A stretch of DNA of 64,000 nucleotides, taken from the NCBI GenBank assembly GCA_024405635.1, contig JAKSOL010000008.1, forward strand, positions 61,112 to 125,111, in the 5' to 3' direction. The notes beneath the pieces were generated by a model. The model worked only from the letters and a program-made list of their open reading frames with translations. It was not told the origin of the DNA and did not search any database. Below are positions 29,671 to 43,987 of this stretch, piece after piece; within the stretch, counting starts at the first letter, position 1, and every line of letters begins with the position of its first letter. The stretch is from Salinivirgaceae bacterium (GTDB taxonomy: Bacteria; Bacteroidota; Bacteroidia; Bacteroidales; SZUA-534). The position numbers were made by a program, and so were the translations under genes.

Positions 29671-29928
29671 TTAGCGAGAATAATATAAATGTAAACTAGC
29701 ATTCGATATTTTGACTTCATGTTGCGTAGTTTTTAATTCACAAACTGTTGCTCGATTACTATATGCACAACAATAATAAAATCCACACGCTCCATAAACA
29801 GGTTCAATTATTCCAAATAAACAGTTTGAATTTACATCAATCGCACTAGCATTCCTCACATTACCAGCCACCACAGCAGCTACTCCGCTAACTGCCACTG
29901 CAGCTAGAATTAAAAATCTCTTTTTCAT
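29671..29928 (-). CDS. Small secreted Cys-rich peptide (85 aa)
   Basis: MKKRFLILAAVAVSGVAAVVA signal-like N-terminus; five Cys in the mature part; AT-rich translation initiation region. Confidence 0.7.
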   Translation of the reverse strand: MKKRFLILAAVAVSGVAAVVAGNVRNASAIDVNSNCLFGIIEPVYGACGFYYCCAYSNRATVCELKTTQHEVKISNASLHLYYSR

Positions 29929-29954
29929 TTTGTAAAATTTTAAATTAAAAATTC

Positions 29955-30044
29955 GTTGTTTTTACAAAACCGTTGGCGCCTTGAGTTTTGCGCGCCAAAC
30001 CAAAAAAAAACAAACCTCCAAATTTTTGTTAAACTTTTTTGTGA
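29955..30044 (-). repeat. ~90-bp direct repeat, copy 1 (upstream of the peptide gene)
   Basis: GTTGTTTTTACAAAACCGTTGGCG.CTTGA.TTTTGCGCGCCAAACC-An-CAAACCTCCAAATTTTTGTTAAACTTTTTTGTGA, near-identical to 32471-32562. Confidence 0.9.
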
Positions 30045-30059
30045 AAAATGTTGGAGTTT

Positions 30060-31208
30060 TTATTTCTCAAAAATGCATTGATATAAAACTGTGTTTTTAT
30101 ATTCTTCAAACACATTCATATACAAATTGCCCGACTGGTCGCAATACGAAAGGGCCCCAACTTGGCCTTTTAGGTTTCGGCATTTCAGGCGGCGCACAAG
30201 GTTGCAGCTGGTGTCGAACACCCATATTTCGTGAAACTCGCCATTGGCAGGATCGCCCGACCAACCAACATTACCTTCAAAAGTTACACTCGACCTATAA
30301 TTGTTTACTAATATGTGATTTTCAGTCTGACAATCTATTGAAAAGCACTCTAATGCCACACCATTTTCCATAACCATATAGTTGTCCACTAGTTTTAACT
30401 CAGTGTCTTTGAATTTAGTGTCGCGATATTGTTTTACAATGTTAAAGTTGCTGTCGTATATGTTTATCGCTGGAAAGTTCAGCCAAAACTCAATGTACTG
30501 CGAATTGAATAAAGTAATTGTGCGTCTCATCGCATATTCAGCATCTACACTGTCATTTTTGGCATAGTTATACAACTATGTTCCATCTAAATTGGTTTGT
30601 ACAAAACTTGGTACAGTTTCCACTCCAAATCCATTTATATATTGAGTGTTTGCCCATGTTATTGTGCTGTCGGTTGTGTAAACATAGTCCATCAAATTTA
30701 ACGAGTTGTAGGGCGTAAACTTGGTTGTATATGCGCTACCTTTTGCAAGTATTGAGTCGATGCTCAGGCGTGTAACTATCTTTTTTTCAGTATCGGCTGC
30801 ATACAAATAATTCTCATGCAGTTTTACTACAAGATTTTTAAGCTTGCCGTTTGCTTTTCCATACCTAAAATATTCGGCAATAATCTCTTTTGTTTTGTAG
30901 TTCATTACCGTAAGCATGTATGGCTTAGGTTTTGGATTGAAAGCGTTTACCATTATCAAAATAGAATCTTGATATAGGTAGTATGCCGTTAAATCTTCGT
31001 ACCCCTTTGGTATGTCGATTTTTTTTAACGTAAACCACTCAATTTTGGGCAAATCGCTTTCGGTTAAATTGATTACACTATCGGCTTGCGGATAGTACTT
31101 GCCGCTTGAATAATAAACCTCTTGTTGGGTTTCGATGTTTGCTTGCTTTTGCCCACACGAGTTGAGCAAACAAATAGTTATAAAGATTGGTAAAATCAGG
31201 TTTTTCAT
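30060..31208 (-). pseudogene. Beta-propeller lipoprotein (BF3164/TolB-like) split by one in-frame TAG at 30576-30578
   Basis: ORFs 30576-31208 and 30060-30575 are in the same frame and together align end to end with 31212-32333 (lipobox LLNSC; shared YCxQSGNxY...LYxCIFEK C-terminus). Confidence 0.85.
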
Positions 31209-31211
31209 GGT

Positions 31212-32333
31212 TTATTTTTCAAAAATGCATTTGTAAAGGCAATAATCTTCGTCTTCGTCCATTGATGTAATGTACATGTTGCCCGATTGTTCGCAATACG
31301 AAATGCCGTGTGGATATATTATTCCATTCTGAGGTTTGAATCGTCTAACCAAATTAAAATTGTTGTCAAAGCAAAAAATCTCGTACTTCTCATATAGTTT
31401 TTTCGCAAAATCTTGCGACTTATAAAACTCTATTTTAGAATTGCCTGAAGGGACACGAAAACGTGGCGAGTTTGCAAAAATGAAGTTGTTGGTTTGTGTG
31501 CCAAAGTTGAAGAAGAACGAATCGCCGTCTTCCCAAAGCATTGGCGAATTGTTTACTTGAGTTAGCTTAGGAAAGTCGTAGTATGGGTCTTTGTATATTT
31601 TGGTCATTTTGAAACTCTTGTCGTACACGGTCACAACAGGAAAACGGGCCCAAAAAACTATGTATCCAGCATTTGTATATGCCATTGAGCGACCATAAGG
31701 AGTTCCGGGATATATGTCAGTGTTTTCTTCTATTTCAGCAAAAGGTTCGCCAGTTTTGGCATCGTACTGAACAAATTCAGGAAGTTCGCTTGCTCCAAAT
31801 CCTTTCATATACCATTCGTTTATGGCGGTTATGGTGTCGTCTGCTACATATTCAAAAGCATCGGAACGAATACTACTATCAAAATGTACAAACACTGGCG
31901 CGTAGTCGTTCTTTTTAATCAGCACCGAGTCAATGTTCACGCGAGTATCGGTGTTCAAAGAGTAGTCCGATACGTATAAATAATTGCGTTTTAAATCGGC
32001 TGCTACGTTTAGCATTTCGCTTGGTCCGTTGCCTTTTTTAAAATAGCCTGCAATTTCCTCTTTGGTGTTCAGGTTGTAAAACGTAACTATAAAAGATTGT
32101 GGATTTTTACTATTAACTATTATGGCTATGCTGTCGTTATAGACAAAGTACTCGCCGCCAGCGTACTTTACTGGCAAGTCTATTTTTTTCAAAGTGAAAT
32201 ACTCAACTGCGGGTTCGTTTTCCGAAATTTCTACAACGTTTTTGCATTCAGGATAATGGCTCTCGCTTTTGGGTGTGCAAGCGCTCAAAAAAGCAACTAC
32301 AAATAGCAAGCAGTTAATCAATAGTGTTCTCAT
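31212..32333 (-). CDS. Beta-propeller lipoprotein (BF3164/TolB-like 6-bladed)
   Basis: Lipobox FLSAC; YFKKGNGPSEM motif, VTVYDKSFK, IFCFDNNFNLVRRF. Confidence 0.75.
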   Translation of the reverse strand: MRTLLINCLLFVVAFLSACTPKSESHYPECKNVVEISENEPAVEYFTLKKIDLPVKYAGGEYFVYNDSIAIIVNSKNPQSFIVTFYNLNTKEEIAGYFKKGNGPSEMLNVAADLKRNYLYVSDYSLNTDTRVNIDSVLIKKNDYAPVFVHFDSSIRSDAFEYVADDTITAINEWYMKGFGASELPEFVQYDAKTGEPFAEIEENTDIYPGTPYGRSMAYTNAGYIVFWARFPVVTVYDKSFKMTKIYKDPYYDFPKLTQVNNSPMLWEDGDSFFFNFGTQTNNFIFANSPRFRVPSGNSKIEFYKSQDFAKKLYEKYEIFCFDNNFNLVRRFKPQNGIIYPHGISYCEQSGNMYITSMDEDEDYCLYKCIFEK

Positions 32334-32374
32334 AGTTTGATTTGTATAAATTCTCTATAAATAACTCAAGTTTT

Positions 32375-32470
32375 TCAATTCATAAGTTGTGTTGTTCCAT
32401 AACCTGTGTCGCTTGCTCTATTGTTAGTATTTGAATCGAACCAAACACAAGTCCCCTCACATTGCTTGAA
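32375..32470 (-). pseudogene. Possible 3' remnant of a second Cys peptide gene
   Basis: Open frame FKQCEGTCVWFDSNTNNRASDTGYGTTQLMN* fused directly to repeat copy 2, with no ATG or signal peptide; same position as the peptide in the other module. Confidence 0.35.
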
Positions 32471-32562
32471 GTTGTTTTTACAAAACCGTTGGCGGCTTGA
32501 ATTTTGCGCGCCAAACCCCCAAAAAAAACAAACCTCCAAATTTTTGTTAAACTTTTTTGTGA
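32471..32562 (-). repeat. ~90-bp direct repeat, copy 2
   Basis: Differs from 29955-30044 by two substitutions and the C/A homopolymer (C5A8 vs C2A9). Confidence 0.9.
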
Positions 32563-32568
32563 GAAAAG

Positions 32569-33156
32569 TTATCGGTTTACAAACACTCCTATGTAGCGGC
32601 GTACTTTGCTTTTATATTCAACGTAGTTGTGGGCAAAAGTCTTTTCCAAAAAACGCTCTTCGTTAAGTATTTGCATGTGGAACAACACTATAGCACATAC
32701 CGAAAAACAGCCGTTGTAAACATTTGGAAAGGCTAACAAAATGCCCAAATACATTAGGTCGAAACCCACAAATGCAGGATTTCGGCTTATTCGATACACT
32801 CCCGAAGTTACCAATTCGGTGTCGTTGTTATCAGGAATTCCTGCGCGCCAACTGCTTCTCATTTCGGTCATTCCCAAAATAAAAAACAACACGCCCAACG
32901 ATGCAATTGCTACCCCAGCCCATTGCCATGCTGTTGGCATTAAATACTTATTGTACACAATGCTAGCAATTTCAACCACAGGCATTGCAAAAGTCAATGT
33001 TTGCAGCTTTATTTCTAACCAACGCACATGGTTTGGTTTGTTTCCTTTGCCAAGAATCATGGTGGCTATACCCTGTTTTTTCAGCATAATCTGTTTTGCA
33101 AAATATGCCACATAAAAAATTAGCATCAGTGCCAACACAGCAAACTTAACACACAT
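32569..33156 (-). CDS. Isoprenylcysteine carboxylmethyltransferase-family (PEMT-like) membrane protein
   Basis: LVTSGVYRISRNPAF.G, EERFL...Y.EYKSKVRRY. Confidence 0.85.
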   Translation of the reverse strand: MCVKFAVLALMLIFYVAYFAKQIMLKKQGIATMILGKGNKPNHVRWLEIKLQTLTFAMPVVEIASIVYNKYLMPTAWQWAGVAIASLGVLFFILGMTEMRSSWRAGIPDNNDTELVTSGVYRISRNPAFVGFDLMYLGILLAFPNVYNGCFSVCAIVLFHMQILNEERFLEKTFAHNYVEYKSKVRRYIGVFVNR

Positions 33157-33160
33157 ATTT

Positions 33161-34042
33161 TCAATCGTTTATATTATAAACACCTTCAATTTTAAGAGTT
33201 GCGCCACCGCCAAACAATATGCGGCCATTGTGGTGCATTATGCGCACACTGTTAAACACGCGATTGTTGCCACCTTGCTCAATAGTTGCTGCCTTGCCGT
33301 TCCATAGTCCTTGGTCAAGCATATAATACGCAAACGCCAAATTCGACGATCCGGTTGCAGGGTCTTCCAAATAACCAAAACGAGGAGCAAATACACGCGT
33401 ATGAGCAATACAATTACAATTGCTTGTCTCCATTGAAAAAACAAGCACATTGTCGAAATTATGGGCAATGGCAAATTCTTTTAGTTGTTGTTCGTTGGGC
33501 CATATCGATATTTCGTCGGATAGTTTTTTAATAGGTACAATGATGGTGCGCAAGCCTGCCTCAATGTGAGCAAAGGGCAAACTAGCATCGCACACATCTT
33601 TACTAATTCCAAGTTTTTCAACAATCATTTCTGGAGTGCAAGTCATTGAGTGGCGAATACCTTTGGGCGAGGTTATGTAAACTGCATTTTCGTCGGCAAT
33701 GTGGTTATACACAGTTAGCAAACCTTTTCGGTTTGTTTCAACTGTAATTTCTTGTTTTGAAAGTAGTTCGGGAGTGCTTTTTATAAGTTCGTACATTGTA
33801 GCAATGGTACCATGTCCGCAAAAATCAACTTCGCACTCCGACGAATAATAAGTTAGTTTGCAATCGGCAACTGACGAGTTTTCAACAAAAACCACTTCCG
33901 ACACAAAACCAGCATGCTCCTTGCCAAAGTCGAGCATTTGCGCTGGTGTTAGTTTTTTGTTGCCAAGCAACAAGCATGCGGCCGGATTGCCTTTTGAGTT
34001 GCCGCTTGTAAAAGCATCTATCTTTTTGTATTTAAAGTGCAT
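33161..34042 (-). CDS. PhzF-family isomerase/epimerase
   Basis: MHFKYKKIDAFT..GNPA (ATG 34042), EVDFCGHGT, RVFAP, EDPATGS. Confidence 0.9.
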   Translation of the reverse strand: MHFKYKKIDAFTSGNSKGNPAACLLLGNKKLTPAQMLDFGKEHAGFVSEVVFVENSSVADCKLTYYSSECEVDFCGHGTIATMYELIKSTPELLSKQEITVETNRKGLLTVYNHIADENAVYITSPKGIRHSMTCTPEMIVEKLGISKDVCDASLPFAHIEAGLRTIIVPIKKLSDEISIWPNEQQLKEFAIAHNFDNVLVFSMETSNCNCIAHTRVFAPRFGYLEDPATGSSNLAFAYYMLDQGLWNGKAATIEQGGNNRVFNSVRIMHHNGRILFGGGATLKIEGVYNIND

Positions 34043-34189
34043 AGCTATTATTATTATTTTTAGTTGTGTAACAAAACTAATTGATTTTTTTGTTATGAAA
34101 GAATGCGCTAAACTGCTATCAAACAACAACAAAGCCGACGATGAATTTAATCAACGCCGGCATTTTATTATTTACACTACAAATGCTCT

Positions 34190-35146
34190 TTACTTTTTAG
34201 TTGCAGTTTTTTTGTCAACCTCTTGAAACAAATCTTTTATTCCGCCAATTGAGCCAAGCATGTTTGTGGCCTCGTATGGCAAATAAACGGTTTTGCTATC
34301 GGAAGCAATGGTATTAAGAGCCTCAATGTACTTAACAGCAAGCATGTAGGTTGCCGGATTGGTTTTGGTAGAAGCAATGGCAGCGGCAACCTGAGCAATA
34401 GATTTAGCCTCGGCCTCAGCGGCAAGAAATTTCGATTCGGCCTCGCCTTGTGCACGCAATATCGATGCTTGTTTTTGAGCCTCAGCAGCATTAATCTCAG
34501 CCATTTTTCGGCCTTCGGAATCAAGTATGCGCGATTGTTTTTCGCCTTCGGCTTTCAAAATTTCGGCGCGGCGCTCGCGTTCGGCTTGCATTTGCAACTC
34601 CATTGTTTTTTGAATCGAAATTGGAGGTGTAATGTCTTGCAACTCAACACGATTAACCTTTACTCCCCATTTATTTGTAGCATCGTCGAGCACGTTGCGA
34701 AGTTTGTTGTTAATGGTGTCGCGCGAGGTAAGAGTTTCGTCCAACTCCATTTCGCCCACCACGTTACGCAAAGTGGTTTGAGTTAGTTTTTCAATAGCCA
34801 AAGGCAAGTCGCTAATTTCGTATGCGGCTTTTACTGGATCAACTACCTGAAAGTAAAGCAGTGCATTTATTTCGGTAATAACGTTGTCTTTGGTAATTAC
34901 GTTTTGTTTTTCAAAATCGAACACTTGCTCGCGCAAATCAACACGCGCTGAGTATCGACGTTGAGTAAGACGAACCGGTTTGGCGCGCTCCAATATGGGC
35001 AGAATTACATTGATGCCAGCAGGCAAAACTCGGTTAAATTTTCCCAAACGCTCAACAATCATTGTTTCCGATTGCGAAACGATTTTTAATCCCCAAAGGA
35101 TGTAAACAACCACAAAAATGGTGGCTGCAGATAAAAGAGTACTCAT
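34190..35146 (-). CDS. SPFH/band 7 (stomatin-like) protein
   Basis: VERLGKF, VITKDNV, TTLRNVVG, WGVKVNRVE, QMQAERERRA. Confidence 0.93.
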   Translation of the reverse strand: MSTLLSAATIFVVVYILWGLKIVSQSETMIVERLGKFNRVLPAGINVILPILERAKPVRLTQRRYSARVDLREQVFDFEKQNVITKDNVITEINALLYFQVVDPVKAAYEISDLPLAIEKLTQTTLRNVVGEMELDETLTSRDTINNKLRNVLDDATNKWGVKVNRVELQDITPPISIQKTMELQMQAERERRAEILKAEGEKQSRILDSEGRKMAEINAAEAQKQASILRAQGEAESKFLAAEAEAKSIAQVAAAIASTKTNPATYMLAVKYIEALNTIASDSKTVYLPYEATNMLGSIGGIKDLFQEVDKKTATKK

Positions 35147-35157
35147 AACATTCAAAA

Positions 35158-35580
35158 TTATTTAACGGTTAATACTATGCTATCGCGATTCACAATTTCA
35201 ACAACCGAACCTTGTTCAATTATTGAACCGTCGGCCGACACAGCTTTCCAGCTATCGCCATCAACAGCCACACGTCCAGTTTGAGCGGAGGCGTCAATTG
35301 TTTCGGTTACCTTCACCTTTCGGCCAATAATGGCATCGGCATTGGTTTTTATTTCGTTTTTGTTGAGCAAGCGCATCAGCATTGGTCGCACAAAAGCAAA
35401 TGCCAATAACGATACCACTATAAAAATGCCCCACTGCCACATAACATCAAGCCCAAAATACGAAACTGCAGCCGCCCCCACTGCTCCAACCGAAAAGCAA
35501 ATGATGCCAAATGTGGCGGTAAAAATTTCGACTATGCCTAGCAAAATAGCCGCGGCGAGCCATAAAACTGTTGTACTCAT
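35158..35580 (-). CDS. NfeD-like protein (short form)
   Basis: N-terminal TM helices, TNADAIIG, GRVAVDGDSWKA OB-fold; paired with SPFH. Confidence 0.9.
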   Translation of the reverse strand: MSTTVLWLAAAILLGIVEIFTATFGIICFSVGAVGAAAVSYFGLDVMWQWGIFIVVSLLAFAFVRPMLMRLLNKNEIKTNADAIIGRKVKVTETIDASAQTGRVAVDGDSWKAVSADGSIIEQGSVVEIVNRDSIVLTVK

Positions 35581-35767
35581 ACCTTATGTTTTTGTTCTTT
35601 CAATGGTAAATCTATTCGTTTTAACAATATGTTCTATCCGTAAAATTTGCCAAAACATCGGTTTTATTTACCAGAATAGCATAAAAAGCAAATGTTTTGC
35701 ACTTACATCGTTTGATTTGCAGATTTGGTTTTTAAGTTTGCATAATATCTACTAAACCATAATTTAT

Positions 35768-37588
35768 ATGAAACTTCTACGCTCGTTAACAACATTGTTG
35801 GTTGTTATTGCTCTAGTTTCGTGCAACAATACTGAAGGCCCTTCGGTTACAATTGCAGGAAAAAACATAATGAAATCGTCCGATTTTGGCATCACAACTA
35901 ACCTTCGCTCATGGGACTCAACCGCACAGGTGGTAAGCGTTAGCGATGCTGTAGCCATTGACGAAAGTTACGAAATGATTACCGGCAAACGCCGTTTGTG
36001 CAAAAACACCGGCACCGAGCGCATCTACACATTAAAAAACGCAGCAGGCGACAACTTGCAGTTGGTTTTTCGCCAATACACCGATGGCATTGCTTTTCGC
36101 TATGTGCTTGACAATGCAAAAGCAGGCGAGGTTGTTACTAGTTACAACACACGCTTCAACATTCCTGCTGATGCAAAACGTTGGATGCAAAAATACAACG
36201 GCGGATACGAAAACTTTTTCCCTGTTTGCGAAGGCGGCATTTCGCCCGAAGGCAAAAAAATAACCGAATGGGGGTATCCTGCTTTGATTGAGCTCGATAG
36301 CGCAAACTACATGCTCATTTCCGATTCGTACTCGCCTGCCACTTACAACGGTACACTTTTGAAAAACGACACCTTAAACCGCAACACTTACAGCGTTAGC
36401 ATGTTTGGTGCCGATACAATTGCAAACGGCAAATGGCAGTCGGCTTGGCAAGTAATCATCACTGGCTCGTTGGCCGACATTGTAGAATCGACCTTGGTAA
36501 ACGATGTGGCCGAACCTTGTAAACTTGACGATACAAGTTGGATTGAACCTGGATTGTCATCGTGGATTTATTGGGCATACAACCACGGTTCGCAAGAGTA
36601 CGATATTTTGAAACAATATGTTGACTTTGCAGCCGAAATTAAATGGCCATACACTCTTGTTGATGCCGAATGGGACGTTATGCGCGGCGGCAACATTGAG
36701 CAATTGGTTAAATACTCGGTATCAAAAGGAATTAAACCTATAATATGGTACAACTCGGGCACAAATTGGGCTGGTCCGGGTTCATACGCTCCAACTCCCT
36801 GGTTTAGACTTAACGACCCAAAAGACCGCGACAACGAATTTGCCACAATTTCAGAATGGGGCGTAAAAGGTGTAAAAATTGACTTCTTCCGCACCGACAA
36901 TGCCGAAACCATTGAATACTACCGCGACTTGTTGCTTGCTGCTGCCAAATACAAAATGTTGGTAAACTTTCACGGAGGAACTATTCCTCACGGTTGGCAA
37001 CGCACTTATCCTAACGTAATTACCTACGAAGGAGTTTATGGTGCCGAATGGTACAACAACTTGCCCATTTTGACCAATCGCGCAGCCGCACACAATGCAA
37101 CATTGCCATTTACCCGCAACGTTATCGGTTCAATGGACTACACTCCTGGCACATTTACCGACTCGCAACACCCTCACATCACCACTCATGCACACGAGTT
37201 GGCATTGCCTATTTTGTTCGAGTCGGGAATACAACACATGCCAGACCGCCCCGATGCTTACCGCCAGTTGCCTAAAAAAGTTTGGGACTTGCTAAGCACA
37301 TTGCCTACCACTTGGGACGACACCCGTTTTCTTGCTGGATATCCGGGTCAAGCAGTTGTTATTGCTCGCCAAAAAGGCAACACTTGGTACATTGCAGGCA
37401 TTAACGGAACCGACGAAGAACAGACTATTAGTTTCTCGCTTGACAAACTAAATAATCGTGCCCAAAACGGCACACTATTTGCCGACGGCGAAACACAAAC
37501 ATCGTTTGCTATAAGCGATTTTTCGGCCAACAATACCGAAGTTAGCATTGCTTGCAAACCACGTGGAGGATTTGTAATTAAACTATAA
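35768..37588 (+). CDS. Glycoside hydrolase family 97 lipoprotein, probably the retaining subgroup
   Basis: Lipobox LVSC; DGIAFRY, VDAEW, GVKIDFF (Asp nucleophile position), NFHG, RTYPN..EGV.G.E, MDYTP. Confidence 0.9.
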   Translation: MKLLRSLTTLLVVIALVSCNNTEGPSVTIAGKNIMKSSDFGITTNLRSWDSTAQVVSVSDAVAIDESYEMITGKRRLCKNTGTERIYTLKNAAGDNLQLVFRQYTDGIAFRYVLDNAKAGEVVTSYNTRFNIPADAKRWMQKYNGGYENFFPVCEGGISPEGKKITEWGYPALIELDSANYMLISDSYSPATYNGTLLKNDTLNRNTYSVSMFGADTIANGKWQSAWQVIITGSLADIVESTLVNDVAEPCKLDDTSWIEPGLSSWIYWAYNHGSQEYDILKQYVDFAAEIKWPYTLVDAEWDVMRGGNIEQLVKYSVSKGIKPIIWYNSGTNWAGPGSYAPTPWFRLNDPKDRDNEFATISEWGVKGVKIDFFRTDNAETIEYYRDLLLAAAKYKMLVNFHGGTIPHGWQRTYPNVITYEGVYGAEWYNNLPILTNRAAAHNATLPFTRNVIGSMDYTPGTFTDSQHPHITTHAHELALPILFESGIQHMPDRPDAYRQLPKKVWDLLSTLPTTWDDTRFLAGYPGQAVVIARQKGNTWYIAGINGTDEEQTISFSLDKLNNRAQNGTLFADGETQTSFAISDFSANNTEVSIACKPRGGFVIKL

Positions 37589-37624
37589 TACATACTATTT
37601 TATTAACTCTTAAAACTACAAACT

Positions 37625-38368
37625 GTGAAAAGACTATTTGTTTCAAGTGCCCTTGCCATGTTATGCTTGGCAATGTTGCCATCTGCATCATCGGCACAAG
37701 AGAAGTATTTTGCCACAGCAGGTTCCCAAGTGGCAAACACCGACGACGAAGGATTTATCCGCCGTTGGACTGTGTTGGAACCAATTAGTAAACCAAACCG
37801 CTCAAACACCGTGTTTACCGACACATATTTGCGCGAAGTTTTTGCTAAAGAGTACTTTAAAGGTCAAATGACCATGGTACCAAAAGATGGACAAAAGGTT
37901 AAGGCTCAATTTGAAAAAGTTGAAATGCCTAAAGATTACCGCCGTTTTGACCCTAACGCAAAATTGAAAGTTGAAACTGGCACCGAGACCCTTAAATGGC
38001 ACAAACTCGACAGTAAAACATTCAACCTTAAACTTTTACGTTTTGGCGAGCACCACATCAACCGCTCGTATGGTGTTATTTACTGGACATTTACTGCTAT
38101 TGTATGCGACGAAGAAATGAAAGACGTACGCTTGTCAGTTGGTTCAAACTCGGCTTCAATGTGGTGGATTAACGGCGAAGAAGTTCTGCTTATGAGTGGC
38201 GACCGCCGCATGGTAGTTGACGACTGCATGAGCGACCGCATCACCTTGAAAAAAGGAGAAAACATTATTCGAGGAGCCATTATTAACGGCCCAGGTATGA
38301 GCGATTTCTGCGTTCGTTTTATCGACGAGAACGGTCAACCTATTACCAAAGGTATAACCATCAAATAG
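37625..38368 (+). CDS. Secreted beta-sandwich protein of unknown function associated with GH43
   Basis: GTG start, signal peptide; GFIRRW..L, LSVGSN..WWING, TLKKGEN jelly-roll-like pattern. Confidence 0.6.
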   Translation: MKRLFVSSALAMLCLAMLPSASSAQEKYFATAGSQVANTDDEGFIRRWTVLEPISKPNRSNTVFTDTYLREVFAKEYFKGQMTMVPKDGQKVKAQFEKVEMPKDYRRFDPNAKLKVETGTETLKWHKLDSKTFNLKLLRFGEHHINRSYGVIYWTFTAIVCDEEMKDVRLSVGSNSASMWWINGEEVLLMSGDRRMVVDDCMSDRITLKKGENIIRGAIINGPGMSDFCVRFIDENGQPITKGITIK

Positions 38369-38375
38369 CACTCTT

Positions 38376-42915
<4,540 letters not shown>

Positions 42916-42937
42916 ACTCTAATTGGACAAATAACAC

Positions 42938-42971
42938 AAAGGTGTGCTGCAATATGCGGCACACCTTTTTT
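42938..42971. terminator. Terminator between convergent genes
   Basis: AAAGGTGTGCTGCA...TGCGGCACACCTTTTTT. Confidence 0.8.
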
Positions 42972-43001
42972 GTTACATAAACAATGTCGTTTTAAACGAA
43001 A

Positions 43002-43739
43002 TTAAACCTTACAAGTAAAAATAAACTGCTCAAACGTATCCAAGTCAAGCAACACGCTGCGCCCCGATTTATATGTTCCCAAATCGATATTAATTTTATG
43101 ACCATTGGCGTAAATTAATGCCGGCATATCGGTTTCTGCCGATATCTTTTCAAAAAAATTAGGAGGAACAACCCCCACTGGAGCATACGGACTTTTTTTT
43201 AAAAACATTTGAGACATATACTGGATTGGAGTATGTCCATGAACCACAACATATTTTCCTTCAGGCATTTCGTTAGCGAAATGGCCCCTACTCCACATCA
43301 AATCGTGAGCATTCGGATTTTCGCACAAAGGACTATACAAGCCCGAATGACTCAAATAAACATCAACGCCATTTGCATTTTTGTACAAATGCTTTGTTGG
43401 AAAATGTTGCATATATCGGAAAATGCCAACCACTTCAGGATCGGTTAAACACTCATCGTGAGTTTGCTTGCCTCCGTTCTTATACAATTGGCCGTATGTA
43501 TCATCAGTATAATCAGAAAAAGTATCGGTAAGAGCTTGCAACAGCATATCTTCATGATTACCAAGCAAATATTCAAAGCGTTTATCTTTAATCACTGCAC
43601 GAAGCGTACGCCAAGGCTCAGGACCTCTATCAGTGCAATCGCCAAGACAAAAAACTTTATCATTAGGCCCCAAAAAAGCACTCACTTGCTCGTAAATATC
43701 AAAGCAACCATGCAAGTCGCTTATAGCATAAGTCTTCAT
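43002..43739 (-). CDS. Calcineurin-like metallophosphoesterase (PPP-type Ser/Thr phosphatase-like)
   Basis: DLHG, GDCTDRG, GNHE, HSG, HGHTP, IDLG. Confidence 0.88.
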   Translation of the reverse strand: MKTYAISDLHGCFDIYEQVSAFLGPNDKVFCLGDCTDRGPEPWRTLRAVIKDKRFEYLLGNHEDMLLQALTDTFSDYTDDTYGQLYKNGGKQTHDECLTDPEVVGIFRYMQHFPTKHLYKNANGVDVYLSHSGLYSPLCENPNAHDLMWSRGHFANEMPEGKYVVVHGHTPIQYMSQMFLKKSPYAPVGVVPPNFFEKISAETDMPALIYANGHKINIDLGTYKSGRSVLLDLDTFEQFIFTCKV

Positions 43740-43987
43740 CTATTTAGTTCTTTTGATGCTCGGGCAAATATACACAAACACAAAGCACAACCAATTAGGC
43801 TTTTCTGGCAATGATAATCAAGCGTGCAAGCAACAACATCATTTTTTAAGCATATACACCTTGATTTTGGCATCATTTTTGGAAGAAATTTTAGTAGTTT
43901 TGCGCAAATTTTTTGGTTTTGCAAAGAATTCGTTATAAATAATTGTAAATCAAGAATATAAACCAAATATAATTAATAAATAACAAT

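Noticed and set aside
29476-30578. Amber (TAG) recoding suggested by in-frame TAGs in two lipoprotein paralogs
   Set aside because: TAG ends normal genes here (e.g. oadB and 37625-38368), and one paralog also has a frameshift and truncation; decay or sequencing error is simpler.
43002-43739. Prophage remnant suggested by the PPP-type phosphatase
   Set aside because: Single gene between host loci with no phage genes or att-like sites nearby.
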